Below, one piece after another: positions 39,140-55,899 of a DNA stretch of 64,000 bases. The stretch is from the human T2T-CHM13v2.0 reference genome, Homo sapiens. The stretch is taken from NCBI RefSeq assembly GCF_009914755.1, contig NC_060925.1, one strand, 5' to 3'. Position numbers and translations under genes: made by a program. Positions within the stretch are counted from its first letter, which is position 1, and each line of letters begins with the position of its first letter. The notes beneath the pieces were generated by a model, which ran no database searches, was not told the DNA's origin, and was given only the letters and a program-made list of their open reading frames with translations.

Positions 39140-40277
39140 TTATCTTCCCCCTTCACTCTTCTCTATGTAAACTCGTTCTGGCCAAGTGAATCAATCAAGT
39201 TGGGAACACTGATTTGAGCAGACTTGTCAATATTACTCTGGGAAAAAAAGGAGTCGATAAACTGTTCTGGCAAGAGTCGTCACCAAAAATAGTACTACAT
39301 AGGCTTGTGATTGGAAAGAATAGCAAGGTTTAGGAAAACGTGTTTGTTGGTTGTATTTGTTTGTATAGGGGGTAGTTGAACGTGTTTGTAGAAGGCTCTA
39401 GTGTTAAACGAGAGATTGAAGATGCGTTATGATTCTAGACAAGTATGGAGAGAAAGGAGACCAAACCACACCTATAAGGGCTGGCTTTAGAGAGAAGAAG
39501 GGGCATTTCTTTCCCTGAAATGTCCATGAAATACAAAAGAAAGAAGGCTGACAATGATGTGAAATTAGAGGCAGACAACCATAGCAGCTAGGTAATTCAT
39601 ACCAATCTTCCCAATAAGGACAAACATACAAGCTGCATTAAATATAGGGATTATCTTTCTGGAAGCATCAGATAGCTAACACAAGAGTGAAGAGTTAGCA
39701 AGCCAGAGACCAGGAAAAATGGAGGCCCAGGAGGTAAACCCACAGTCTGAAGCCACTCTTCTCCTCATTGTTAGCCAAGGTCAGGTCACACAGCAGAGAG
39801 GACGAGAGTCTGAGCAACACTTTACACAGCATCATATGGTTAGAGGATCTGATACTGGGGTCCAGGGCCCACCAAGGTGAGTGTCCCAGGAAAATCCTTA
39901 TCTTTGGGATGTGACCCTAAAGGACTGTACTGTAGGAGTAAATATTATCCAGAAATAGCCCGGCCTTTGCAGACATTGCAGCTCACCTTCAAATCATTTC
40001 AATCCATGAAATTGGATTAAATTAATCTCAGGGTACTCTTGGCCCCAGACTCCTGACAAAAGCAAAGTAAGTCCTCTCTGGAGGAAGATAAGATCATCCT
40101 AGGTCTCAAATAATTTCCACAATTAATTTTATAGCTATGCTCACTATAACAGCAAAAATAACTAAATAAGAGGAAAAGATAATAAACATAAAAACCAGCA
40201 TAACAATGGAAAATAGAACAATGGACACTCAGAGAGTCTCCAGATATTCTAGAAACAGAAATTCTAGAAAGGAAAAA

Positions 40278-40380
40278 ATATTATTATATTTATTATATTA
40301 TATTATGTTATATTATTATATGTTATATTATATTATATATTATACATTGTATTCATTATTATATTATATTAAATTTAATA
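40278..40380. repeat. (TATTA)n AT-rich low-complexity tract
   Basis: Direct read. Confidence 0.9.
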
Positions 40381-41153
40381 AGTCACAGGTGTGTTTTATA
40401 ACAGATTAGACAAAGCTGAAGTAAATTGGATGTTGGATCAGAAGAAAATATTTGGAATGAAGCATGAAGGAATAAAAGAATGAAAAAGACAAAAAAGTTA
40501 AGAGTGATAAATAATAGAGTAAGAATACCTAGTACACATGTTATTGGAATTCTGGAAAGATAGAAGAGAAAATGGGAAAGAAGAAATATTTGAAAAGATA
40601 ATAACTGAGATTTTTTCCAAAGCAAATTAAACACATAAAGCTACAGATTCAAGAAGTCCATAAAATCTCCAAGAATTATAGGGAAATACACCTAGGTACA
40701 TTATAGTAAAATTGCTGAAAACCAGAGGAAAAAGAAATATCTTAAAAGAAGCCATAAAATAAAAGACAGATCACTGTCAAAGGAGCAACAATTAGACAGA
40801 CAGCTGATTTCTCAAGAGAAACAAGGAAATCCAGAAAAATAATGGAATACCCTTAACATACTAAAAGTAAATAACTGCCAACCTAGAATTTTATGCCCTC
40901 CAAAAATATCCTTCAAATATAAAGATGAAATAAAGATAACAAACCAAAACATAATTATTTGTCACTCACAATAAAGGAAATATTAAAGAATATTCTTCAG
41001 GCCCAAGGAAAATAGTCCCAGATGGAAAGTCAGAGATGCAAGAAGGAAAATATTACATTAAAAACAGCAAGTATTAAAATATAGGTAAATATAAATTGAG
41101 AGTGACTATACAAAAAATTTAAAATGTTGTTGTATTTGAAATATGTATTTCTC

Positions 41154-41783
<630 letters not shown>

Positions 41784-42115
41784 AGCTTAAAATACATGAC
41801 AATAATAATACAAAATTGGGGACAGGAGTAGAGTTAGGGTGTTTCAGAGTTCTTGAAATGCCTGAAAAGAGCATGAAGCTCTTTTCAATTAATATAAGAC
41901 AAGAAGGAATACTGTGATCTTGGGGCTTATCACCAAAAGAAGAGTAAAAAGGATATATAATTTCCAAGATAATAGAGGAAGGAAATGGAATATTACAAAA
42001 ATAGTCATCCAAAATAAGCAATAAAACGAGAGAAAGATGAACATAGAGTATAACTAGGACAAATAGAAAGCACACAACAACATGGGAGATCTAAATCCAA
42101 ATATATTAGGGATTA

Positions 42116-42407
42116 GGCCAGGCACAGTGGCTCACGCCTGTAATCTCAGCACTTGGAAGGCAAAGGCCAGCAGACTGCCTGAGCTCAGGAATTCAAAACC
42201 AGCCTGGGCAAGAGGGTGAAACCCCATCTCTACAATAAATACAAAATTAGCCAGGCATGGTGGCACACGCCTGTAGTCCCAGCTGCTTGAGAGGCTGAAG
42301 CGGGAAGATCTCTTGGGCCTAGGAGGTCGAGGCTATAGTGAGCCATGTTCACACCACTACACTTGAGCCTGGATGACAAAGCTAAATCCTGTCTCCCCAC
42401 CAAAAAA
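42116..42407 (+). mobile_element. AluJ
   Basis: Dimeric Alu with J-type right arm. Confidence 0.9.
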
Positions 42408-42519
42408 GGAAATCGGGAATTACATTAAATATAAATGGACTAAATGGTCCAATTAAAAGACAAAGATTGCCAGATGATTAATGTTTTCAATTGTATAGTG
42501 TTTACAGAAGATTACATTA

Positions 42520-42790
<271 letters not shown>

Positions 42791-42986
42791 GCTGGGGGGG
42801 ATACAAAATGGATAAAAGTAAAGGTATGGAAAATATATACCATACTAATCCAAAAAAGATTGGACTATCTATATTATTAATTATCAAACAAAATAGAATT
42901 TAAAGCAGAAAGCATTACTAGAGATAAAGAAGGGGCTGTCTTAATAACAAGATTTTCAATTTCCCAGGAAGTTATAATGTTATGAA

Positions 42987-42987
<1 letters not shown>

Positions 42988-43019
<32 letters not shown>

Positions 43020-43293
43020 TGAGATGGAGTCTCACTCTGTTGCCCAGGCTGGAGTGCGGTGGCACGATCTCGGCTCCTCTACCTCCCAGGTTCAAGCGAT
43101 TCTCCTGCCCCAGCCTCCCAAGTAGCTGGGATTACAGGCGTGGACCATCAAACCTGGATAATTTTTGTATTTTTGGTAGACAAGAGTTTTACCATGTTGG
43201 CCAGGCTGGTCTTGAACTCCTGACCTCAGAGGATCCACCTGCCTCAGCCTCCCAAAGTGCTGGGATTACAGGCATGAGCCACCATGCCCAGCC
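42988..43293 (-). mobile_element. AluS with (TAT)n tail
   Basis: Antisense Alu. Confidence 0.92.
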
Positions 43294-43678
43294 AATATTA
43301 TAAAATTATATACACCTAATACCTCAAAATACATGAAGCAAAAAGCAACATATCTACATCTAGACAAATCCACAATCATTATGGTAGAATTTAACACACT
43401 TCTGTCAATATTTAACAGAACAAGCAGACAAGTCAGTAAGGATATAAAAGATTCAAACAGCACAGTCAGCAACTATAACCTAATGGACATATATAGAATA
43501 CTGAGCTCACAACTACAAGTGTACATTATTTTCAAACACACAAGAAACAATTTCAAAAATCAACCATATGCTGAGTCATAAAGCATGTCTTGGCAAATCT
43601 CAAATGACTGAAATGATACAAAATACACTTTTTAAATACATTGCAAGTAAGCTAAAAAACCAATAACAAAAATGATGA

Positions 43679-44050
<372 letters not shown>

Positions 44051-44293
44051 TAACATTTTAACATATTTTAATAGAATGATAATAAAAATATTGAATGCTG
44101 AAAGTCATGGGATAAGGTTAAAGCTATGATTAGATGAATATTTATAACTATAATTGCATATATTGATTATAGGAAAGGTTTAAAATTAATGAACTAAGCA
44201 GTCATCTCAAGAAATTAGAAAAAGTACAGAAAATTAAACCCAAAGAAAAAGAAGAATTTAATGCACTAAAAAACAAATATAAAATATGAAATA

Positions 44294-44488
44294 TAGATGG
44301 TTCCCAACTTACAGTGGTTCAACTTACGATTTTATCACTCCAATAATATGAAAGCAATATGCATGCAGTATGCTCCTCAACTTACATTGGAATTATGTCC
44401 AGATAAACCCATTCTAAGTTGAAAATATCTTAAGTTAAAAACACACTTTAAGTGGGACACAATTTCATTGTAAATGAAGGAGGATCTG
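44294..44488. mobile_element. MER47/Tigger5-type TcMar DNA transposon
   Basis: (c/t)agatggttcccaacttac...gtaaatgaaggaggatctg termini flanked by TA dinucleotides. Confidence 0.85.
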
Positions 44489-44556
44489 TAACAACAAAAC
44501 CAAAATCTGGACTTTTTGGAAAGAGTAATAAAATTGATTTAAAACCCTAGCAAAAT

Positions 44557-44690
44557 GGCTTGGTGGCTCATGCCTGTAATCCCAGCACTTTGGGAGGCCA
44601 AGGCGGGAGGACTGCTTGAGGCCACGAGCTCAAGATCAGCCTAGGCAACATAGTGAGACCCTGTGTCTACAAACAAAAAACAAACAAAAA
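44557..44690 (+). mobile_element. FLAM_C / Alu left monomer
   Basis: Single arm; flanking ctagcaa duplicated. Confidence 0.85.
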
Positions 44691-45354
44691 CTAGCAAGAT
44701 TTATCAAGGGGGCAAAAGAAAGAAAAAGAAGATTAAAATAATCAATGTCAGGCATGATAAAGAGACATCACAACAGAACCATCTTTATTAAAGATCATAA
44801 GAAAGTATTATGAATAGTTTTATGCCAAAACATTTTGCAAATTTAGATAAATTGGTGAATCCCTTAAAAAGAAAATTTATCAAAAATGGACACAAGAAAG
44901 TATGTAAATCTTAACTAACCCAATAACCATTCAATAAACTGAATTGATAATTTAAACCTTTCCACAAAGAAGACTCCAGGCTCAGAGTAATACCCTCAGA
45001 AACACACATATGCCTCCACCAGCACACAAGAGCAAGGATGATCACAGAAGCGTCATTTATAATAGCCCTAGACTGGAAACAACCTAAATGTCCGTCAAGA
45101 GTAGAATAGACAGACAAATTATGCCATTTCTTTAATGTAATACTATCCACTGATAAAAACTGCAAACTACACCTACACATGACAACCTGGATGATTTTCA
45201 CAAGTATAATGTTGAGTAAAAAGTGCGGCGCATGAAAGAATACACACTGTTTAGTTACATTTATATAAAGTTAAAAAAAAAAAAACAGCCTTTAGCATTG
45301 AAATGCTAAAGTTTAGTTTAGCCAAAAACTAAATCTTAGCATTTAAAGAGACTT

Positions 45355-46310
<956 letters not shown>

Positions 46311-46519
46311 TATATATATATTTAGGTGGTAAAGATAAACAAAGATGCTTTACATAAAAAGTCAGGATAATGGTCGCCTCTGATAGGGAGGGAGGGTAGA
46401 GGTGGACGGGGGAATGAAGAGTACGTCCAGGGTGAGGGAGGGCAGAGTTCTAGTTCTCGATCAGGCTGATAATGACACTGGTGTTGACTTTGTGATAAAT
46501 CACTGAACTGTATATCTTT

Positions 46520-46672
46520 GGTTTTGGGGGGTTTTTTTTGGTTCTTTTTTGTTTTTCTTTTTTGTTGAGACAGAGTTTCACTCTTATTGCCCAGGCTGGA
46601 GTGCAATGCGTGATCTCGCTTCACTGCAACCTCTGTCTCCCAGGTTCAAGTGATTCTCCTGCCTCGGCCTCC
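46520..46672 (-). mobile_element. Alu 3' fragment (right arm only)
   Basis: T-rich tail + gagacagagtttcactctt...ctcctgcctcggcctcc. Confidence 0.88.
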
Positions 46673-46983
46673 TTTTTCTGTACGTACATTCTATTTTACA
46701 ATTTTTAAAAGTGATGAAAAAAAGAAAAAGAGAGTCAGAAAGGAGGGAAGGAGGACGGAATGGAGAGAGAACAGAGACCTTAGAAGCAGAAAGGCAGAAA
46801 GCTGAGGCATTAGAGCACATGTTGTGTGGCCTCAATCTTTTCAATAATGTATGAGGCACAATCTCCCGGAGAGATCAAGGGTCTGAAAGGTCTGGACAAG
46901 ACTTGCAACAGCTGCATTAGAAATGTGGTGGGCTAGGAGTCTGCTATAGGTCAGGAAAAGGATTGCCGAATAAACTCTACTGA

Positions 46984-47390
46984 GCATGGGCTGCAAACTC
47001 AGATGCCCACGGGGAACAGGCAGGCATCTCATGAATCAGGTTGTCTGGGGAGTGGGAGGAAGCAAGCCCGTTGATTAAAGGCATCTGATTCTCAGTTTGG
47101 GGTCCAGGAAGACACTCTCTGTTGTTGCAGAGAAGGTAGCAAAATGGAGTGTATGCCCCATGTCAGAGAAGCCACTGCCTCTCAGCTCCAGCCAGTGGTC
47201 CTTCCAGAATGGGTAAAGACCGGGTACCGCCAGCTCTCCATCTCTGCTTGCCGAGCTAAAACTCTGGATTTTCTGGTGACCTCCTATTTCTTAAATGCTC
47301 ATAACTAAATCAAATTGTTTTAAATATCATTCCGGCCAAAAAAAACCCCATTTGATGCTCCTGATGAGGTCCGTGAGGTCCGAGACCCCT
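46984..47390. mobile_element. MER102-type hAT-Charlie element
   Basis: gggctgcaaactcagatgcccacggggaacaggcagg...ctcagctccagcc...ctggattttctggtga. Confidence 0.7.
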
Positions 47391-48529
47391 GCATGAACCA
47401 GTCAGATCACCATGGAACAAGTCGCCCCAGGGCATGGCTGTCTCCAGCCGCTCTGAGTAGCCAGCGGTGCAGCCAGCTGGTCTCAGATTTGGGCTGTGAT
47501 GAGTCTGGATGGCAGAAGAACAAGAGGGATGGGAAATTGAGGGAGGGCCTCATTGAAAGGGCTCACTCCAGGAGCCAGAAAACCAGAAGAGCCTAAGGGA
47601 CCCAGAGCTAGAGTGAGACCAGAGATGCACAGTCCCCATGAGGACAAAGAGCCCAGTGAGGAGAAAGGGAGAGGTAAAAGGATAAAAGAGTCAGAAGGAG
47701 TTTCAGAATCTAAGAGCTCCAAAAATAAACCTTTCCCTTTGTATCACTTTTCTCTTTTTACTTTAGTTGCTCTCAACTTGCTGCTTCCTTTTTTTAAAAA
47801 TTCTAGCAATTCTGCAGGAAACCAGAAGTGTGAACCAAACACAGTAACTCTAGGTGTTATGGCGCTGTCCTGCTCACCCTTCTTTTGGCCTACTGGCTTC
47901 AAAGGTAGGCACACACACCGTCCCTTTTCTAATGATCCGGTCGTGGATTCAGGCTCAGTAAGCCAAGACCACAAGCAACAGGGCTTGGGCTCCATCTGCC
48001 TCGGCTGCTTGCAGCTGCCTTCCAGGAAGTGCTGGAACAGCAGAAGCAGCTAGCAGTGCGCCCAAGAAGTGGTCAGCAGTTGGGAGCAGCTGGAGGAGGG
48101 GAGGCCAGTGAGCAAGTATCAGCTTGGGAAATAGGGTTTCGGCTGAACAAAGTTCACTGCTGTTTTCTGAGAAAGCAGAACCTAGTGGAGCCACCCTAGA
48201 GAATAAGGAGAGGAGCAACTGGAACTGAGTGTTGGCTCCAAACTTCCACGGCATGATATGCTTGGCCACCCAATTGTGATCAGGGCCATTGTTGTTCCCC
48301 TGGGGGCAGGGGGCAGAGGGCAGGCCGCCGCTCGGAGTAAAAAGGGAAGACAGACAGGCAGTCCAAACACCACCAAATGACAGAGATGCAGACCAAGACA
48401 AAAGGAAAAAACAACAGAAGGGATTTTTGTCCTTGAGACGTGCTATGCAAATTCTTTTCAATTAGTTTCCTATTAATTATTCCATCTTGAACATTTAGAG
48501 CTGCTCAACCCAGGCAGCATCTACGTTTT

Positions 48530-48652
48530 GAAGTAGTAAGTTCTCCATTCCTAGCAGAGTCGGAGGAGAAGCTCAGCTGTTATCCACCAGAAATTCTATT
48601 AAAAGGATGAAAGGTTGAACTAGATGACTTCTCATTCTGAAGACTGTAATTC
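48530..48652. mobile_element. MIR3/L3-type 3' fragment
   Basis: gtagtaagttctccattcctag...aggttgaactagatgacttct. Confidence 0.55.
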
Positions 48653-48958
48653 AGCAGAACTGACTAATCCCTGGCAAATGATACCCTTTCTGAGTATGCA
48701 TGTGTCACTGAAAGTCACTCAGACAAACCAGACTATTTGTAAATAGGTCTGATTATCTGCAAATTAGTTGATTGAAGGTTCCCGGGTATCAAGCAGGGCT
48801 TATTTTAAGAAATTAAGTTAATTTAGATAATAGCTGTGTTGAAAAGCAACAAGTTCAAAAACAATTAAAAAGAATGCAGCTTCCCTTTTATTTTTTTCAA
48901 CTCTATATTTTCTTTTCAAATTGCTTCTAATAGACCATCTGTTAAGAAAGCCTCTTTT

Positions 48959-49271
<313 letters not shown>

Positions 49272-49349
49272 TTACTTAAATATGCTTAGAAGTCATTATT
49301 ACTTTTTAAGTCAATAGAAGTCTTTTTAGTTTATCTAATAGCATATTAA

Positions 49350-49680
49350 TTCCTATGCTTTATGTGTTTGTACCCACACAACACCCAGCCCTGCACCTAA
49401 CACATAACAGGTGCTCAATAGATGTTCATTGAATAAATTGGTTGCAAAAACCGAGTGTATACATTGAACATTTCTGCATATTGGTGATAATAATAGTATT
49501 TTGAACACTTGTTCTATGCCAGTGACTGGGTCAAATAAACACTCAACCTCATAGTAATATCTGCGAAGTGATTGCTACATTAGCCCCATTTTACAGATGA
49601 TGCAACTGAGGCTGGTGAGAGGCAGAGCCAGGATTCAAGGCCAGGCCTGTCCAACTCCCGAGCCGAAGCTCTCAGCGAGG
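49350..49680. mobile_element. L2 3' end (+, 49350-49440) followed by MIR (-, ~49485-49680)
   Basis: cacataacaggtgctcaatagatgttcattgaataaa; ccccattttacagatgatgcaactgaggc. Confidence 0.8.
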
Positions 49681-51289
49681 GTATCAAACTGAATCTGAAT
49701 CCTCTTAGTTTATCTATTTTAAAGTGCTGCATGTGGTATGTTCAGGAGACGAAAACTCTCTGATGAGGCACGTGTGGATGGGATGGCAGGGCTGAGAAGG
49801 CCGGCTCCCCCACGGGGTGTGCACAACCTACCTCCCCAGCTGTTTCTGCTACCGGCTGGGGCCTTCAACTCCACCGCCTCCCCTCCCCCAGGCCCTAAAT
49901 CACTCTCAGGCCTTTTGTTCTTCCCCACAGCTGCTCAGCAAATTCCTTGATTTGAAATTACGATCACAGGTTGGAGTGCTACTTAAAATAATTTTGCCAA
50001 ATGTTCCATCTCTCTGTGTTGATGAATATAATGGATGACAATTTAAAGAGCAAAAAAAAAGTAAGTATTCACTTTGTTGAAGACAAAAAAAAAAAAATCA
50101 TAAGCTGCATGCATAGCATTAGTTTGGCTCTGAAAGATTCATTCCCCCAGGAAGCTAGCCAAATGCTGGACTTTTGTGAACCGCAGCATGGCCGGGAGAG
50201 CAGGCTGCTGGCAGGTATGGCCTGCAATAGAGGGAGAGAGCAAAGGTCAGGGCATGTGTTGGGTTTGTTTAAGCATGAGTCAGAGGAGTGGGGGTAGACC
50301 TGGGGATCCAATTTCCAATTTCCTGTGCAAGTCACTGAGCCACACTTCTCCCCTTCCCCAAAAGCTTTTTATGCGTACCGCTCTGCAGAACAAAGGGAGA
50401 TATGGTAGGGGGACACATAAATAACAGGGACAGGCCGGTCTTCTTGAAGGTGGAGCCTCTCTTGAATTTGGAAAATGCAAGCTCTGAGGGAAGCGGGGAT
50501 GAAAGCAGACCACACGCATCTAGCACTTTGGCCAACTGAGGCTTCCTGGGCTTGGAGGTCCTCACCCGGGGCTCTTAGCGCAGCCTGAGCCCAGTGTGAA
50601 GCCATGGGCCAGCCCTTCCTGCAGGCGGGCCCTGTGGCCAGGCTCAGCTCAGGCGAGGGGTGGCTGGGCCATGAGGAATCAGAACAAAGCTTCTTCCTTC
50701 ACACCCGGTCCTGCTCAGCAGGTGGACTCCACGTTAGACATTTCCCCCACGTCCTAAGGCTTCTTCCAGGCTTGAGCCCTGAAAAGCAGGTGGGGAGAGA
50801 TGAGCAAATGCTGAGCAAAAAAGAGGTGGTGGTGACGCCTCTCTAAAGTTTTCCATACCAAAAAAGCCCTGGTACAAGGCAGGCACTGCTGGCAGCCCGG
50901 CCCCACAAGCTTACTTCCGGTGCAGGAATCCAATGGGAACGTGTGCCCCCAGGGCCACCCGAAACGCAAACTGCTCTCTGAAAACCAGGTCAGCCTCTCT
51001 GTAGGAGTCTTGCCATGCAGAAAACACCAGGCCCTCTGGAAACGCCCCCTGTTCACTGAGGGTCTCTGGCTGGCCGGCACTATGCCCAGCAAGGCCACCT
51101 CCCGTAAGTGACACGCCAGGGTCTTGCTGAATCACAATAAGCTGGGAGCTCTGTGCACCCCCCAAAATGATCTTCCACACAATGAAAAGCACTCGAAAGA
51201 AATGGTTACAGCTGCTGGGGGCACCGTCAGCCTTTGAGGGCAGTGAGGTGCCAGGGTGGCAGCCTCTGGGGCAAACAAGTCCCAGATCC

Positions 51290-51400
51290 ACCGCTTCCCA
51301 GCTGTGGAAGTTTCCTGCCCCTTTCTGGGCCTCAATTTCCTCGTCTGTGAAATGGGCATAACCGTGTCACTTCACCAGGGGGTTGTAATGGGTAAATGCC
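51290..51400 (+). mobile_element. MIR fragment
   Basis: tctgggcctcaatttcctcgtctgtgaaatggg. Confidence 0.75.
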
Positions 51401-52654
51401 CCTGCTCTGTGGATAAGCAGGGGTCTTTTGAGCTATTTCCACCAGAAATGGCAGAAGCACGGCAGGGCAGGAGAAGCACCTGTCTGCGGGTCAGGACAGA
51501 AGGCAAAGGTGTCTTTACACACAGAATATGCTACAGTTCTTTGTCACGCCCTCAACCTCCAGGACTGTCTGCTTGGCTGTACAGTCTGCTTACCAAATTC
51601 CCTCCAAAGTAGGGCCCCAGCCCCGCCCAGCCCCTCATGGACTCCACTCCAGACCCTCCTCCCAGACAGCCGGGGAAGAGAGGCAGAGCCTGCGGTGTTC
51701 CCCTCACTGAGCTGCGGCAGTTCCCCTCTCTTCCTTTCTCTCAGGTGACTCTTTTGACCCCCAAGGATCCCTGAACACTCATGTGCTGTCTCCAGCCTCT
51801 CTTGCTTGGAAGAGGAAAGAAATATCTCGGGTTCCTTTGTCTTCGGGCCACACTAGCTCCTCCCTACCCCACTTACTCAGGACGCACCAGGAGGGTGCAG
51901 AAGGACTGGCTGCCCAACGGAAGGAGATTTTATCACTGATATTGCTTGAACTTACTGGTGTGTGGCAATTAAAATGGTTTAAAAGCAGTCTCACTTGGAG
52001 CTGGATTGATTCTTGTCTTTAAACTCTCTAGGGACGATGCCGTCCTCACTGCCAGCCCCCAAGGCACACCCATCCCCGTACCCTCCTTGCTACTGCTCAT
52101 CCAGGACCCCATCTTTACGGGCCTCCCAAGTCATAGGCGGTCACTCTCTTCTCTCCTTGGATGCCCTTAACACAGAAAATGATCTGCGCCCTAGTTACCG
52201 CCTCTCCTACAGGAGCCCTCGGGAGACAGGCTTGTCGGGAATCCTCAAAAAGGGTGCTCTCCCTCTCCCCGGAAGCTCTTCTTGGGCCCTTTGGGAAAGC
52301 AAAGAAATAACCCGTCCTCCAAATCCCCATGGGCATAAGAGGAGGGTCTTTGATGCCTCATTTTTCTTCTTGTGTTTTTATTTTCCCTTTTTGCAGGTCT
52401 CTGCATTTAATGAGGAAGTGCTGTCAGCAGAAAGGAGAGGAAGCTTCACCCCGACCATCCGCAGGACCCACATCCCTCTCAGCGGGAAGGCAGAATCATT
52501 CATCTATTGCTCTCCTTGAAGGGCAGCTCCAGACACTCACGTGGACACAAGTAGGAAAAGCACAGAGTGTGTCATCACACTGTGTACCTCATACAGGTGA
52601 CGTCCTGGAGAAACCTCTGGAAAAACAGAAATTTTATGACCCACAATTAAAATG

Positions 52655-52900
52655 ATTTAAGTAATAAATAACCCTGATAGCTTGCCCCACCAAGTGTATG
52701 CTATGTTCCACACCCCAGGCCCCTCCACATCCATCTCCTTGCCGAGCCCTCTAACAACCTTACAAGGGAGAGACTTTTTACCCTCACTTCCCAGAGGAGG
52801 ACACTGAGGCCAAAGAAGGGAAGGGATTCCCCAGGTGACACCGTAAGTGACAGAGTCGAGACCCACATGGCCTGGCTGAAGTCAAGGTCACCCTAATTCC
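52655..52900 (-). mobile_element. MIR
   Basis: cagaggaggacactgaggcc...ccccaggtgacacc. Confidence 0.6.
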
Positions 52901-52988
52901 TCACACAGCCCCACCAGAGGTTCCCACAGTGCTGTGTGCCAGCCAGGTGATAAGGCCTTTCCACAAAGGACATCAAAATACCTCAACA

Positions 52989-53294
<306 letters not shown>

Positions 53295-54524
53295 TCATCA
53301 TCAGTAGAGAACTGTCACCTTCCTAAACGAGGAAACTGACACTTTTAAAAGCAAACAGATTTCTGAACTTGGGGTTAATGATAAAACTGGAAAAACATAA
53401 AAGACTCCCTGTTCCTCTCCTCCATTATCAATATGTGCCTTAGATTTGGATGCCAAGTCAAATCTCACCAGAACTATATCCTCCATGGTAACTTATTAAA
53501 GAGTCAATCAAAGTTTGCTTTAAGAGAAAAGTAAATACACCCAACTTTCCATACAATGCCGGACCCTGAGTTCACTTCCTGGTTTCACTGTTGACTCAGG
53601 TTGCAATCCTAGATAAGTAACTACACATGCTCACTGCCCTGGGCCCAAAGCTGGGGCGAGAGCCTGGAATCAGCGCACCCCCAAGAATTCCGGAACATGG
53701 GAAGATGCCCATCTTTCATGGAGGGGGCATGCCTCGAAGAGGAAAATCAGGCAAAAGGCCGTGTGCAAAGCTCCACGTGCAGGTGCAAGCTGCTTGTCCC
53801 TGAGTCTCTGATTGCGAGGAAAGGGGTCACCCGCTGGTCGCACCACCAACAAAGCCCTGCCATCCTTTGGCTCTGCGCTCACCCATAATTACTGGGCGTG
53901 AGGTGGGAAGGGCCGCCCTTTGGGACTCAGGTGGTGGGGAGGCTGCAGAACAGAGTCGGCAAGTCAACTCCAATCACAGTAAGCATTTTCAAAGAAACAC
54001 ATAAAAATAGCCAGAAGTGGGTCAGCACTTCCAGTGAGGTTAGAGACAGGAAATTGGGACAGACTCCCGGTCCTGTGTAGAGAGATAAAAGTTTTATTTC
54101 ATAAGTACAAACTCATACTCTTTCCAGTCTGATTCCTCGTTTCTTTTCTTTTGCTTTTTCATCTCCTCTGTCTTTTGGATACACAGGAAACACACACACA
54201 CAGCTAACAAAAACAGTGTGATGTTGGAATCTTGCTCCTTCAGTTCTAAGGTCCTCTTTTTCCTGAAGCTGAAGAAAAAAGATACTTAAAGAAAACTTAC
54301 TTGAGAGTCAGGCAGGAAGGGGAGATGGGATACACACTTTCCCTATCTTTCAGGTTTCTGCAATCTCAGCGCATGCTGCTTAAGAGGAAAAGAGCAGCAA
54401 AGCAGATGAAAAGCACTGCATCCTTAAGTGATTTACCTGTTCCCAAGCAGGCCTGCCTCACACCTGCCTCCCCCCAGTTCCCTGTCATTGACCCTCCCGC
54501 CACCATATCTGTGGCATCTGGTGT

Positions 54525-54815
54525 GCTGCACACACAGTATATGTGTGCAAGTGCATGGTATATACACATAGCACACATGCATACATGCTATAAACACATG
54601 CCCATATATAGGCTCAGTGCACAGGTACGCACAGTGCTCAGGTACACAGAGTACACACACCTGCTAGCCACATACACTCTCAGTGTACACACATGGTGCT
54701 CATGCACACATGGTAGTGCATGGTGAATCCACATAGCATCCATGCACACACACAGTACCCACACACACACGCGGTACATACACATGGCACCCCTGCACAT
54801 ACACAGTAGACATGC
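54525..54815. repeat. Degenerate CA/TG-rich low-complexity tract
   Basis: Alternating purine-pyrimidine cacaca/tgca runs over ~290 bp. Confidence 0.85.
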
Positions 54816-55899
54816 GTAACCCAGAAAGTGGTTCTTGCTCTCTCTGCAACCTTAAGACTTTGGCAGTTTTTGTTAACTCCCACACTTGGCAGGATTACAT
54901 TTCCTTGTGGCCTCAATGACGTGATAGGGCAGATTTATTGGGCTTACAGAAAAAAAGAGAGAGGAGAGAGAGCGAGAGAGCGAACAGTAAACTCTGCTGT
55001 GCAGTCAACCTGGACCTTGGTTTTAAGTTGCACATCATCAGGGCCAAGAGAGAAGATTTGGCAACATGGGGTGGTTTGGTGAGAGTCGGCATGTTTCACT
55101 GGTAATCTGCTGGAGCACTAAAATATATACATCCAAAGGTTACCTTCTTTCAATTCACTGAAAAATAAAAGGAGCTTCAAGGCTGGACCAAATAACACAC
55201 ATAAATAACTCATGCATGCCTGCATGCATAGATGCAAACATACATACCCAAGATGTGTAGCAAACAAAACAGGCACAGTGCTTTCAGGAGAAACTTGGGT
55301 GTGGAAGTAAGTTCTACCTTTTTGCTCTATTTTCCTCCTGGAGGGAGAGAGGAAAAGCAGCTGCCTAAATGCTCAGTCAGCCCACAAGCTGTCATGCGTG
55401 ACTATCTCCAGGGCAGACAGGAGAGCAGGAACCCCTTTCTGAAGCTGAGTTCTGATGCAGAATGTTTTCAGGGCTTAAGACAGCCCCCACACAGCTAGCC
55501 AACAGAACTTTCTGGGCTGCGGTCAGTTAGCTATGTCGCACAGGAATGGCATCTGCTTTCACTTATTTCAGAACTCAAGCATAAGTCCTGGGAGTATTTG
55601 ACCAAAAGAGCCTCCCGCTTGGCGTGCGAGGGTTAGGTTTCCAGAAGATGTAGCACGTACCTGCGCTTTCAACTCCCAGAAGCCAAAGCTATGGAAAGAT
55701 CTCAGCGTGTTTTTTTTTTAATTTTATTTTAAAATCATACCGTTTTAAAAGTTCTGCTTGTTATAAATCCAGCCTGAAAGCAGATGAATGAAACATAGAC
55801 CCACACAAAAAAAATCTACAAGAATAGATCTTTTTTTTTTTTAACTTGGGGTTTTTGAGGAGGGATTTTAGAGGAGTGGCGGGGAAGCTACTCAGTCGA

